Shown: positions 49,701 to 57,989 of the stretch, in pieces | Layout: each line of letters opens with the position of its first letter | Numbering within the stretch: position 1 is the first letter of the stretch | Assembly (NCBI GenBank): GCA_040901675.1 | Contig: JBBDYJ010000026.1 | Span: forward strand, 32,001 to 96,000 | DNA length: 64,000 nt | From: Pirellulales bacterium | GTDB lineage: Bacteria; Planctomycetota; Planctomycetia; Pirellulales; JAICIG01 | Direction of reading: 5' to 3' | Notes under the pieces: generated by a model | What the model was told of the DNA's origin: nothing | Databases searched by the model: none | What the model saw: only the letters and a program-made list of their open reading frames with translations | Made by a program: the position numbers and the translations under genes

Positions 49701-50253
49701 TGCCGCCGACCTGTTGGCCTATCTGGTCTCGCTCAACGAGTCGGTGCAGGCCGTGACACGGTTCCGTTTGCTGGGGCCCTTCGCCAGCCCCGACAAGAAA
49801 GGGATCGACCGCGATTTTGGACCGGAATCGGAGCTGAGCCGGCCCGACTTGAGCGCCGGCTATCCTGGCGCCCGCCAGCGCGTACACTGGGAACTGGCGC
49901 AAGCGAACGTGCTTGGCGAGTTGCCGATGTTCGACCAGGTCAAGCACGCCCAGACGCGGGGCCAACCGGCCGAGGGCGTGACCAATTATTTTTTGGTCTT
50001 TGCCGATAGTACCGCCGACCAGCAGGCGACACTGCTGGTGGGCAGCGACGACAGTTGCAGAATATGGGTCAATGGCCGGGAGGTGCACGTCTACCGGGGC
50101 AACCGGGCGCTTGCTCCGGCCCAGGACCGGGTGAACGTGAACTTCCGCTCCGGCCGCAACACGGTTGTGGTCAAGGTCGAAAACAACCAGGGGCCCGGCG
50201 GCATGGCCCTGGCCATCCAAAGCGCAAGCGCCATCGAGATAAACACCGAATGA
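46780..50253 (+). CDS. PVC-type heme-binding CxxCH protein (propeller, HEAT repeats, cytochrome c, PA14-like tail)
   Basis: FASEP.ITNP, LEDTDGDGRADK, FRNPYE, CKNCH...GPDLSQIG, SLMPE, GSDDSCRIWVNG. Confidence 0.9.
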   Translation: MQFRFPAGIAALVLSLSIVPPAPAQQSPEDELKSLVVAEGFEASIFASEPMITNPAAIDIDTQGRVWVAEIHWYRGQAKEPPADKIKVLEDTDGDGRADKVTVFADGVFAPMSICVAGDKVYVATSPDLWVYEDKDGDLIADGPPTKLLTGFGGYNHDHGAHSLVLGPDHKWWMSHGDTGFNVKGIDGSHIEYKWGAMLRGELDGSRLETVAVNFRNPYEICVSSFGESFCSDNDNDGNFSVRICWILEGGNYGWFGAPPAKVPPGTPLGEHWHFRGHVPGFVPATLVTGFGSPCGICFYEGDAFGDQYKNAPLHTDAGPREVRIYRHEPHGAGMRATSRVFMSSPDDAYFRPDDICAAPDGTLYVADWYDGGVGGHAYNNPDQGRIFQLRPTGKRPQRVGEPGPYATVEQAIEGLKNPNLATQFLARERLLAEGSSSIVPLKELLNDKEPNYRARALWLLDRIGGQARQAVVDQLKSDDPAFRALAVRILRRHGAEYAEPLLDMAGDDSPEVRREVLLALSRLEGTRAEQALVEMAASYDGTDRYLLEAIHIAAGRRKAQLYRALERAGRISIDKVQLLQVLDPKAAASFLAESLAATNLDESARQMLLEHLGGTASAEAGQAVLKLATDPEASADMRRLSLNLLAANLPGNWQALKRGPELASGLRHLLSDPDWQAAALTLAGDNGLHELAAEILALVQSAELSVGVRQQAARVAAQLRVEGAAAALAKLLTSKEQPLAEAGLSGLVQLQHWPPVRKVVCGTVGTPRLQAEAVEQLMSSTGGALVMLRLIDDQAVSDAVAKTAIDQAIRHPDSNIRVLFERFVPEDQRPRRLGSAVQPAEILALEADADRGRQIFFQSSAAQCKNCHRVQGQGGGIGPDLSQIGKKYDRAALLETILEPSKAIAPEYIAYLLETQDGLVHAGFVVDKSDEQVVLKDANNNLIRVPAGEVALLAAQQKSLMPELVLSDVTAQDAADLLAYLVSLNESVQAVTRFRLLGPFASPDKKGIDRDFGPESELSRPDLSAGYPGARQRVHWELAQANVLGELPMFDQVKHAQTRGQPAEGVTNYFLVFADSTADQQATLLVGSDDSCRIWVNGREVHVYRGNRALAPAQDRVNVNFRSGRNTVVVKVENNQGPGGMALAIQSASAIEINTE

Positions 50254-50762
50254 TCGATTTTCTTCACTCGACGTGGCCGGGGGCCCGCGCTCCGTTGCGC
50301 CCGGCCCGCGGACAGAGTCCTTGCTTGGTACTGTGGGCGTTGATCGCCATCACCGGCTGCGGGCCACCCGCGGCCAAGCAAAAGATGATTTCGACCGTCG
50401 AAAGTCTCGGAGGCGATGTAACGATCAAGGACGGCAGGCTGGTCAAGATCGATCTGTCCTCCAGCCGGGCCAGCGACGCCGATCTCGCGGCGCTGGGCAA
50501 TGCAACGCACCTGGAACGGCTCTACCTCAACAGCGCGATTACCGACCAGGGACTCGTGCACCTCGCCGGCTTGACCAACCTCTCGAAGCTCGACCTGCAG
50601 AAGACGCAGGTTACCGACGCCGGGTTGGAGCACCTCAAGAAGCTGCCCAACCTCCAGCAGCTTTACGTGCACGGAAGCCGGATTACCGAGGCCGGCATGG
50701 CCGACCTCGAGGCCGCGCTGCCCCGTTTGACGATCGAGCGGTTCCCCATCAGCCAACCCTAA
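50250..50762 (+). CDS. Leucine-rich-repeat lipoprotein
   Basis: ATGA overlap, lipobox ITGC, LRR repeats. Confidence 0.8.
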   Translation: MIDFLHSTWPGARAPLRPARGQSPCLVLWALIAITGCGPPAAKQKMISTVESLGGDVTIKDGRLVKIDLSSSRASDADLAALGNATHLERLYLNSAITDQGLVHLAGLTNLSKLDLQKTQVTDAGLEHLKKLPNLQQLYVHGSRITEAGMADLEAALPRLTIERFPISQP

Positions 50763-50858
50763 GCGGGCTCGTAGTGACCCCATGGATGGGGAGGTTTGGA
50801 AAAGGCAGAACGTGATCGTCGGATCCCTCGAACCGCAACTTATTGAGATTTCGAATCC

Positions 50859-53800
50859 ATGATACATCGCTGGCTGTTTCGACTCTTGGCACTGGCCTGT
50901 CTGGTCAGTCTTATCAGTCTGGTCAGACTGGCCGTGGCCCAGGAAACGCCGATCCCGCACGGCCAAATGAAACCGCCCGGACCGGCACTGACTCCCGCCG
51001 AGGCCATCGCCAAGATGACGGTGCCCGAAGGCTTCTCCGTCGAGCTGGTGGCCGCCGAGCCCGACATCGTCAATCCGGTCGCCATGACGTTTGACGAGCG
51101 CGGCCGCATCTGGATCACGGAGAGCCTGGAGTATCCGCGGCGAGACGCGGGGCCCGGGCAGGACCGCGTCAAGGTGCTGGAAGACACCGACGGCGACGGC
51201 CGGGCCGACAAGATCACCGTCTTCGCCGATGGGCTGAATATTCCTTCGGGCATTGCCGTCGGGGCAGGGGGGGTCTGGGTGGCCAATGCCCCCGACATCC
51301 TCTTTCTCCAGGACACCGATGCCGACGGCCGCGCCGACCGGCAAGAGGTGGTCGTCACCGGCTTCGGCCGCGACGACACGCACGAGCTGCCCAACTCGCT
51401 CACGTGGGGTCCCGACGGCTGGCTGTACGGGCTCAACGGCGTCTTCAACCGCAGCCGCGTCGAGCACCGCGGCCGCCAATTTGACTTCACCTGCGCGCTG
51501 TTCCGGATTCATCCGCGGACCCGCGACTTCGAGCTGTTTGCCGAGGGGACCAGCAACCCTTGGGGCGTCGCCTTCGACGCCGAGGGAAGCGCCTTCGTCA
51601 GCGCCTGCGTGATCGACCATCTCTGGCACCTCGTCGAAACCGGCTACTACCATCGCCAGGGCGGCCCGTATCCACCGTTTACGTGGAAGATCGACTCGAT
51701 CGTCAAGCACAAACACCAGCAAGCGGCCTACTGCGGCATCCATTTTTTCGATAGCGATGCGTACCCGCCCGAATACCGCGAAAAGCTGTATATGGGCAAC
51801 ATCCACGGCAACTGTATCAACGTCGACTCCCTGGCCCGCGACGGCTCGACCTATGCCGGCAGCGGCGAGCCCGACTTTGTTTCCGCCAACGACGCCTGGT
51901 TCATGCCCGTGGTGCAAAAGACGGGCCCCGACGGCTGCCTGTACATCCTCGACTGGTACGACCGCTACCATTGCTACCAAGATGCCAATCGCGATCCCGC
52001 GGGCATCGATCGGTTGAAAGGGCGGCTGTACCGGGTCCGTTACCGCGATACTCCGCACGCCGGGCCCTTGGACCTGGCCGCGGAGACCGACGACAAGTTG
52101 ATCGAACGGCTGCACAGCCCGAACGTGTTTTTTCGCGATGTGGCCCAGCGCCTGCTGTGGGAGCGCAACAAGCCGGCCACGCGCAAGAAGCTGGCCAGGC
52201 TGGTGCTGTCCGACGAAGCGCCCCGCAAGGCCCGCATGCACGCCCTTTGGGCCTTGCTCGGTTGCGGACCCTTGGACGAGACGCTGCACCTGGCCCTGCT
52301 GGAACATCCCGATGAGGGCTTGCGCGCGTGGGGCGTGCGGGCGGCCGGCCATTCCCGCCAGGTGGCCGCGTCGGTCCGCGGTCGACTTGCGGCCATGGCA
52401 GCCGATTCATCGGCCGACGTCCGGCTGCAAGTGGCCATCGCCGCCCGCAAGCTGGAGGGTCTCGAACCGATCCCGTTGCTGTTGGACGTACTCGACTCCA
52501 GCGGCGACGACAAGCTGATCCCTCACATCGTGTGGCAGAACCTGCACCCGCTGCTTGAAGAAGAGGCCGGCCAATTCCTGGAACTGGCCAGCCGGCGGCA
52601 CCTGAACGAGCAGCCTGAACTGACCGCCCTGATGCCCCGCGTGTTCGAGCGGATCGTGGGCCGGCGCGACCAAGACCCGCGGCCGGTCGCGGCCCTGCTG
52701 CAAACGTTGATGGCAGCCGGTCCGGAGCTTGGCCCGATGAGCGGCCGCTGCCTGGCGCTGCTGGCCGGCAAGATTCAGACCGGCGAGCTGAGCGGCCGGA
52801 GGCTGGAGGCGCTGCGCTCGGCCATGGAGCCGCTGCTGTCGGGCGTTTTGTCGGGACCTGTGGACGATCCTCTTTACCTCGACGCCGCCTTGCTGGCCAC
52901 CACCTGGAAAGACCCGGCGGGGATTACGGCGGTCCGGCAAGTATACGCTTCGCGAGCGTACGATGACCAGCGGCGCCTGCAGGCGCTCGATGCCTTGGTC
53001 GCGGCCGCTGACGATCGACTGCTGGCCGCAGTAGCCGGCGCGCTGAAACCGGACAACGGCAACTCCGTTGAGCTGCGCCGCCGCACGCTCGACTCGCTGG
53101 GTCGGCTGGAACAGGCGGAAGTGGCCCGGGTGGTGCTCGCCGCCTGGCCGGATCTGGAGCCGGAGCTCAAACCGCAGGCCATCGAGCTGTTGACCGGCCG
53201 CGCGTCGTGGAGCAAGCAGTTGCTGGCTTCGATCGGCGCGGGCCATGTGCCGGCCGATGCGCTGAATCTCAACCAGGTGCGAAAGCTGTTGAGCAGCAAT
53301 GACCAGGAGCTGATCGAGCAGGTCGAGGCGGCCTGGGGCTCGCTACGGACCGAGCGCAATCCCGACGGCGAGCAGGTGATCGCTCGCATGCGTCAGTTCA
53401 TCCGCCGCACCCCCGGCGACCCGTTGGCGGGCCGCGAGGCCTACAAAAAAGTTTGCGGGCAATGTCACAAGATGCACGGCGAGGGTCAGGAAGTCGGGCC
53501 GGACATTACCGTCAACGGCCGCAGCTCGTTCGAGCAACTGCTCTCCAATGTGTTCGATCCCAGCCTGGTGATAGGCGCCTCGTACCAGGCGCGGACGGTC
53601 GTCACGCTCGACGGCCGGGTCCTCACCGGGTTGGTGGTCGAAGACAGCGACCAGCGCGTGGTGCTGAAAGTGCAGGGGGGCAAGCTGGAGACGATTGCCC
53701 GCGACGACATCGACGAGATGGACGAGAGCAAGCTGTCGCTGATGCCCGAGGACCTGGAGAAACAGCTCCAGCCGGCCGAGATCGCCGACCTGTTCGCCTA

Positions 53801-54317
53801 TCTCACCCTCGACAAGCCGCCCGAAGATCCGACCGCCCGGCGGCTGCCCGGCGTCGAAGCTCCTCAGCCCCGCGAAACGACGGATCCCGCGCAGTTCAAC
53901 GAGCTGGTGGCCGAGGTGGCCCCCGGCTTCTCGCTGGACGCGTCAGGCGAGCGGGGCGTCGGCATTCTGGCTGAACAGGCAGGCCGGCCCGGCGTGCTGA
54001 GGACCCATCCGCTTGCCCGCGACAAGCCCTGTGTCTTGCGGCGCGTCGTCCTGATCCCCGCCGGCAAAACAACCCGCCTGCTGCTCGATGTTTCGCACCA
54101 TCCGGACGGAGATTGGCAATTGGTGGTTCGAGCCAATGGCCGCCCATTGCACGAGTCGGTCGTCGGCGAAAAAACCGTCCGCGACGGCTGGACGACCGTG
54201 ACGGTCGACCTGTCCGAGTTTGCAGGCGAAGAAGTCCAACTCGAACTGCTCAACCAGGCCAACGACTGGCGAGGGGACTTCGCCTATTGGGGGCGGGTCG
54301 AGATCGTCTCCGACTAG
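50859..54317 (+). CDS. PVC-type heme-binding CxxCH protein
   Basis: VAAEPDIVNPVAM.FDERGR, WGPDGWLYG, CGQCH...GPDIT, SLMPE. Confidence 0.9.
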   Translation: MIHRWLFRLLALACLVSLISLVRLAVAQETPIPHGQMKPPGPALTPAEAIAKMTVPEGFSVELVAAEPDIVNPVAMTFDERGRIWITESLEYPRRDAGPGQDRVKVLEDTDGDGRADKITVFADGLNIPSGIAVGAGGVWVANAPDILFLQDTDADGRADRQEVVVTGFGRDDTHELPNSLTWGPDGWLYGLNGVFNRSRVEHRGRQFDFTCALFRIHPRTRDFELFAEGTSNPWGVAFDAEGSAFVSACVIDHLWHLVETGYYHRQGGPYPPFTWKIDSIVKHKHQQAAYCGIHFFDSDAYPPEYREKLYMGNIHGNCINVDSLARDGSTYAGSGEPDFVSANDAWFMPVVQKTGPDGCLYILDWYDRYHCYQDANRDPAGIDRLKGRLYRVRYRDTPHAGPLDLAAETDDKLIERLHSPNVFFRDVAQRLLWERNKPATRKKLARLVLSDEAPRKARMHALWALLGCGPLDETLHLALLEHPDEGLRAWGVRAAGHSRQVAASVRGRLAAMAADSSADVRLQVAIAARKLEGLEPIPLLLDVLDSSGDDKLIPHIVWQNLHPLLEEEAGQFLELASRRHLNEQPELTALMPRVFERIVGRRDQDPRPVAALLQTLMAAGPELGPMSGRCLALLAGKIQTGELSGRRLEALRSAMEPLLSGVLSGPVDDPLYLDAALLATTWKDPAGITAVRQVYASRAYDDQRRLQALDALVAAADDRLLAAVAGALKPDNGNSVELRRRTLDSLGRLEQAEVARVVLAAWPDLEPELKPQAIELLTGRASWSKQLLASIGAGHVPADALNLNQVRKLLSSNDQELIEQVEAAWGSLRTERNPDGEQVIARMRQFIRRTPGDPLAGREAYKKVCGQCHKMHGEGQEVGPDITVNGRSSFEQLLSNVFDPSLVIGASYQARTVVTLDGRVLTGLVVEDSDQRVVLKVQGGKLETIARDDIDEMDESKLSLMPEDLEKQLQPAEIADLFAYLTLDKPPEDPTARRLPGVEAPQPRETTDPAQFNELVAEVAPGFSLDASGERGVGILAEQAGRPGVLRTHPLARDKPCVLRRVVLIPAGKTTRLLLDVSHHPDGDWQLVVRANGRPLHESVVGEKTVRDGWTTVTVDLSEFAGEEVQLELLNQANDWRGDFAYWGRVEIVSD

Positions 54318-54372
54318 CTGCGGGTGCCAACCGTGTCCGTCTCGCCCCTTCCCCCCTTCGCTTCCCCGGTGG

Positions 54373-54399
54373 CTGGGGCAAAGCGGTAGCGTGCCCCAG
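54373..54399. repeat. REP-like palindrome (empty form of 1027-1077)
   Basis: CTGGGGCAAAGCGGTAGCGTGCCCCAG between convergent genes. Confidence 0.7.
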
Positions 54400-54431
54400 A
54401 GTCGTGCCCCAGAATGCTCGGCAAAAGCGGT

Positions 54432-55061
54432 CTACCGCCCGCGCCGGCCGCCGCTCGAGTACGAAAATCCCCACCCGACCCTGGGCCGCGGCCGATAGTA
54501 CGGATGGTAATAGGGGTGATAGTAATAAGGCGGGGGACCGTAGTCCACGATCACCGGCGGGGGAGCCTCGTGAACGATCACCGGCGGACCTTGCGAAATG
54601 GGCGGAGCCTGCATCGCCTCGATCACCCGCTTGCTCACTCCGTCGCGCTGTAACGCAATCAACTCGCCGGTTTGCGGCGGACGCGCCACGCCGTTGGCTC
54701 CGATATGGTTGATGATCAAGTCTTCGTCGACGCCGGCGTGCGTCATGGCCACCACGTCCTGGAACGTCACCGCACCGGCTGCCACGGGCCGTCCCATGCG
54801 GGCTTCGATCATCGCCCGGTTCTTGGCCTCCACCTCGTCCAATCCGCTGCCGATTGCCGCTCCGCTCAAGGCCCCTACGCCCGCGCCGATGGCGGCCCCA
54901 GCCCCCGTGTTGCCCACCGCGTCTCCCACGATGGCGCCCACGCCGGCACCGGTCAGACTGCCGAGCAGGGCTCCCCGGTCGGCATAGTAAGGAGACTGGC
55001 AGCCCCAGGCGGCCAAGGCCGGCAGCAAGGCCGCCACGAGGCAAGCGACACGTTCAGACAT
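54432..55061 (-). CDS. Glycine-zipper lipoprotein with Pro/Tyr-rich tail
   Basis: Lipobox AWGC, GALLGSLTGAGVGAIVG zipper, YYYHPYYHPYY tail. Confidence 0.85.
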   Translation of the reverse strand: MSERVACLVAALLPALAAWGCQSPYYADRGALLGSLTGAGVGAIVGDAVGNTGAGAAIGAGVGALSGAAIGSGLDEVEAKNRAMIEARMGRPVAAGAVTFQDVVAMTHAGVDEDLIINHIGANGVARPPQTGELIALQRDGVSKRVIEAMQAPPISQGPPVIVHEAPPPVIVDYGPPPYYYHPYYHPYYRPRPRVGWGFSYSSGGRRGR

Positions 55062-55165
55062 CGAGGAAAGCCCTTCCGTGGGAGTGATCGACCGCCGTGG
55101 CAAAGACAGCCCACGGCGGGCAGGACGGGCGGGATTATTCCCCGATTCGGCCGCCCCGGTCAAGA

Positions 55166-56389
55166 TCAACGTCCGTCCGGCTGGGCCTGGGACCAGTCGC
55201 GCCACTTTTTCAATGCCGCCTCACGCTGGCTCGGGTCGGCAAACCCGAAGCTGGGGGTGTTGAACAGGATCATGGCGTTGTCCTGCGCCCGCAGAAAGCC
55301 GTACTCCCGCGCCTGCTGACCGGTCAACCGAACCAGGGCCGCCAACGCTACGTCGCGCACCTGGGTCTGCACTTCCTGGTCGTCGACCTCCTGGTTGGCG
55401 CAGACCGTCTCATTCTGTAAGAGCGGCTCCAGGTCGGCCACGTGCTCGCGGCTGCCCAGCTTGCCCAATGCCAGCACGGCATACTGGAGCATCTGCGGAG
55501 GAGTGCCCGGGGCCTGGACCATGTCCAAGGCCGGCTCAATGCCGTCCTTCAAGCCATACCGCAGGGCCAGCATCAGGTTTTGATACGAGGCCATCGGATC
55601 ATTGCGAAAATCGCGCCGCACCCACGCGCCCAGCAACTTCTTCAACAGCCCGGCACGCTCGACCTCAGACATCGCCTGCTGAATCGCCTGTTGATGGCTG
55701 AAGCTGTTGAGAAACGCGCCGGCCTGCTGCGTAATGGGAACGTCCTCCTGGCCGGCCACGAACAGGAAACTGGCAATACTGCCCAGCGCCACCTGCTCGC
55801 CCGCCGGATTGGGAAACTGGGCCTGCTGCTGCAACTGGTGGCAACGCGCTTCGAGCAACTCGCCGGCCATCAGCGGGGCGGTGGCGGCCGCCGCCAGCAA
55901 ATCGTGCTCCGCGCGCTGCATCTCGGCAAACAGCCGGCGTGCCGCCGGGTCTCCGCCGACCAAGGCACGGTACCGCGGCCAGCCGGCCAGATCGGTGTCG
56001 GACCGGCCATCGGGATCCGCCAAAAACGCCTCCAGCTTGACCTGGAAATCGAGCTCTAGCACGGAGACGAGAATGCGGCGCGCTCGGAAACGGACCTCGG
56101 CATCCGGGTGCGCCAGGGCCGCCTCCAAAGCGGCCTTGGCCGGGATGCCAATCTGCTTCAGCTCGCGCGATGCCTTCTGCCGCTCGACGAACGAAGAGTG
56201 GCCAAGCTGCCTCACCAGGCGGTCGACCTGGGCCGGGGAGACCTGGTCTGGGTAGACTTGGCTCTGGGAGATGGCGGCATGGGCGGCCTCCGACTCCGGG
56301 CGGCCCTCGGCCGCAGCCATGACCAGGGGCAGCACCGCCAGCAGCCAAACGACCGGACTGAAAAACCCGCAACCGGTGGCACGCATCAT
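55166..56389 (-). CDS. Secreted HEAT-repeat-like protein
   Basis: Signal peptide, LVRQLG...ERQKAS..L..IG, DAEVRFRA, VRDVALAALV. Confidence 0.75.
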   Translation of the reverse strand: MMRATGCGFFSPVVWLLAVLPLVMAAAEGRPESEAAHAAISQSQVYPDQVSPAQVDRLVRQLGHSSFVERQKASRELKQIGIPAKAALEAALAHPDAEVRFRARRILVSVLELDFQVKLEAFLADPDGRSDTDLAGWPRYRALVGGDPAARRLFAEMQRAEHDLLAAAATAPLMAGELLEARCHQLQQQAQFPNPAGEQVALGSIASFLFVAGQEDVPITQQAGAFLNSFSHQQAIQQAMSEVERAGLLKKLLGAWVRRDFRNDPMASYQNLMLALRYGLKDGIEPALDMVQAPGTPPQMLQYAVLALGKLGSREHVADLEPLLQNETVCANQEVDDQEVQTQVRDVALAALVRLTGQQAREYGFLRAQDNAMILFNTPSFGFADPSQREAALKKWRDWSQAQPDGR

Positions 56390-56509
56390 GTAAGTCCCAA
56401 GACGACCAGCAGCCCCGTCCAGGCACGCGCCCGTCCAGGCAGGCGCCCATCCAGCTAGCTATTGTATGCCCGGCAGGGTGAAATGGTCCAGCAGAGCTTT
56501 GGCGCCTGC

Positions 56510-56538
56510 TTGCTAGGGGGTGCAAAGCCTATTAGAAT
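56510..56538 (+). promoter_or_regulatory. sigma70-type promoter of the Met/Cys operon leader
   Basis: TTGCTA-N17-TAGAAT. Confidence 0.6.
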
Positions 56539-56547
56539 CGTAGCACT

Positions 56548-56589
56548 TGGGATTTGCGGCCGCTTGCAGCCTACACCTGCTAAAGTGCC
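56548..56589 (+). ncRNA. SAM-II/SAM-V-like riboswitch aptamer (candidate)
   Basis: UGGG-AUUUG-CGGC-CGC-UUGCAG-CCUA-CACCU-GCUAAA-GUGCC has the AUUUG/UUG/GCUAAA core of the SAM-II/V pseudoknot; starts ~10 nt after the -10 box; lies upstream of trans-sulfuration genes. Confidence 0.65.
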
Positions 56590-56664
56590 ATCGCCCGCCG
56601 TGCCGCCTGCAATCTGACGAGTGACAGCCGGCACAGTCTTGGCGATCCAAACTGAAGCCAGAGT

Positions 56665-56703
56665 GAGCCGCGACCGCCAACGGCGGAGACCGCGGCTTTT
56701 TTT
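56665..56703 (+). terminator. Intrinsic terminator within the 5' leader (attenuator)
   Basis: GAGCCGCG..CCGCC-AAC-GGCGG..CGCGGCTTTTTTT, 65 bp before the ATG at 56769. Confidence 0.75.
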
Positions 56704-56768
56704 GTCCCGGTCAAGGCAATCCCGCGTGCCGTACCGCGTCACTGGATATCGAAAGCTAGGGAATTGCA

Positions 56769-57980
56769 ATGACCGACCAGCAACCGCCCGCGGGCAACGG
56801 GCCACATGATTGGCGCCCCTCCACCCTGGCAGTGCACGGCGGCGAAGACCGCCAGAAGTTCGGCAATGCGATCACCGATGCCGTCTTCTGCTCGTCCACT
56901 TACACCTTTGCCGATACCCAGGCCGTCCTCGACTTCATCGAACGCAAGCTCCCCCGCGAGGAGTACGGCCGCTACGGCAACCCGGGCGAGAAGGTCGTCG
57001 AGCGCAAGCTGGCGGCACTCGAAGGGGGCGAGGCGGCCCTGTTATTCTCCAGCGGAATGGCCGCCATCGTCGGCCTGCTGACGACGCGGCTGAACGCCGG
57101 CGACGAGGTGGTGTTCTTCGACGAGTGTTATCACCGCAGCCGCGAGTTCTGCGTCAAGCACTTGTCCCGGTTCGGCGTCGTGACCCGCCAGGTGCCCGCC
57201 TGCGACTACGCGGCCATGGAAGCGGCCATTACCCCCTCGACGCGGCTCTTGATCAGCGAGTCGCCGACCAATCCGCACTTGAGCGTCGTCGACCTCGAGC
57301 GATTCGCGGCCTTGGGAAAACGGCATCGCATCGAGACGCTGATCGATGCCACCCTGGGCACTCCTTATAACATCCGCCCCTTGGCCGCCGGCGTCGACTA
57401 CGTGCTGCACTCGGCGACCAAGTACCTGGCCGGCCACAACGATCTGCTGGCCGGGGTCGTTATTTCCAGCGCGGAAAAGATTGAGCCCATCCGCAAGCTG
57501 AGGGGCATCATGGGCGCCATCAATTCGCCGCAGAACATTCAGCTTCTGCTCCGCGGCCTCAAGACTTTTGAGCTGCGGATGGAGCGGCACAACCAGAACG
57601 GCATGGCCGTCGCCCGCTTTCTGGCGGAGCACCCCAAGGTCGAAAAGGTCTACTATCCCGGCCTGCCCGAGCACCCCTATCACGACCTGGCCCGGCGAAC
57701 CATGCGCGGCTACGGCGGCGTCGTCACGTTCCTCGTGAAGGATGCCGACTGGAAGCGCACGGCGCGGGTGGTCGATGCGGTCAGGCTGCCGCGGATCGGT
57801 CCCAGCCTGGGCGGCGTCGAATCGTTGATCGAGCAGCCGTTGATCATGAGCTACTACGAATGCCTGCCCGAGGAGCGCCAGCGCTACGGCATTCCCGACA
57901 ACATGATCCGCCTGGCATGCGGCATCGAGAACTCCGAGGACCTGGTGGCCGACCTGGCCCAGGCCCTGGACAAAGCATAA
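56769..57980 (+). CDS. metB: PLP-dependent Cys/Met metabolism enzyme, probably cystathionine gamma-synthase
   Basis: EYGRYGNP, FSSGMAA, ESPTNP, HSATKYLAGHND, SLGGVESL. Confidence 0.75.
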   Translation: MTDQQPPAGNGPHDWRPSTLAVHGGEDRQKFGNAITDAVFCSSTYTFADTQAVLDFIERKLPREEYGRYGNPGEKVVERKLAALEGGEAALLFSSGMAAIVGLLTTRLNAGDEVVFFDECYHRSREFCVKHLSRFGVVTRQVPACDYAAMEAAITPSTRLLISESPTNPHLSVVDLERFAALGKRHRIETLIDATLGTPYNIRPLAAGVDYVLHSATKYLAGHNDLLAGVVISSAEKIEPIRKLRGIMGAINSPQNIQLLLRGLKTFELRMERHNQNGMAVARFLAEHPKVEKVYYPGLPEHPYHDLARRTMRGYGGVVTFLVKDADWKRTARVVDAVRLPRIGPSLGGVESLIEQPLIMSYYECLPEERQRYGIPDNMIRLACGIENSEDLVADLAQALDKA

Positions 57981-57989
57981 GGGGCCTGC

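Noticed and set aside
50091..52352. Long antisense ORFs (also 32987-35047, 48418-50220, 57042-58850, 24266-25975)
   Set aside because: They are shadows of well-supported genes on the other strand, as expected in high-GC DNA, and have no recognisable motifs.
56483..56617. Leader-peptide attenuator for the Met/Cys genes
   Set aside because: The 44-aa ORF starts upstream of the predicted promoter and has no Met/Cys codon run; the riboswitch model fits better.
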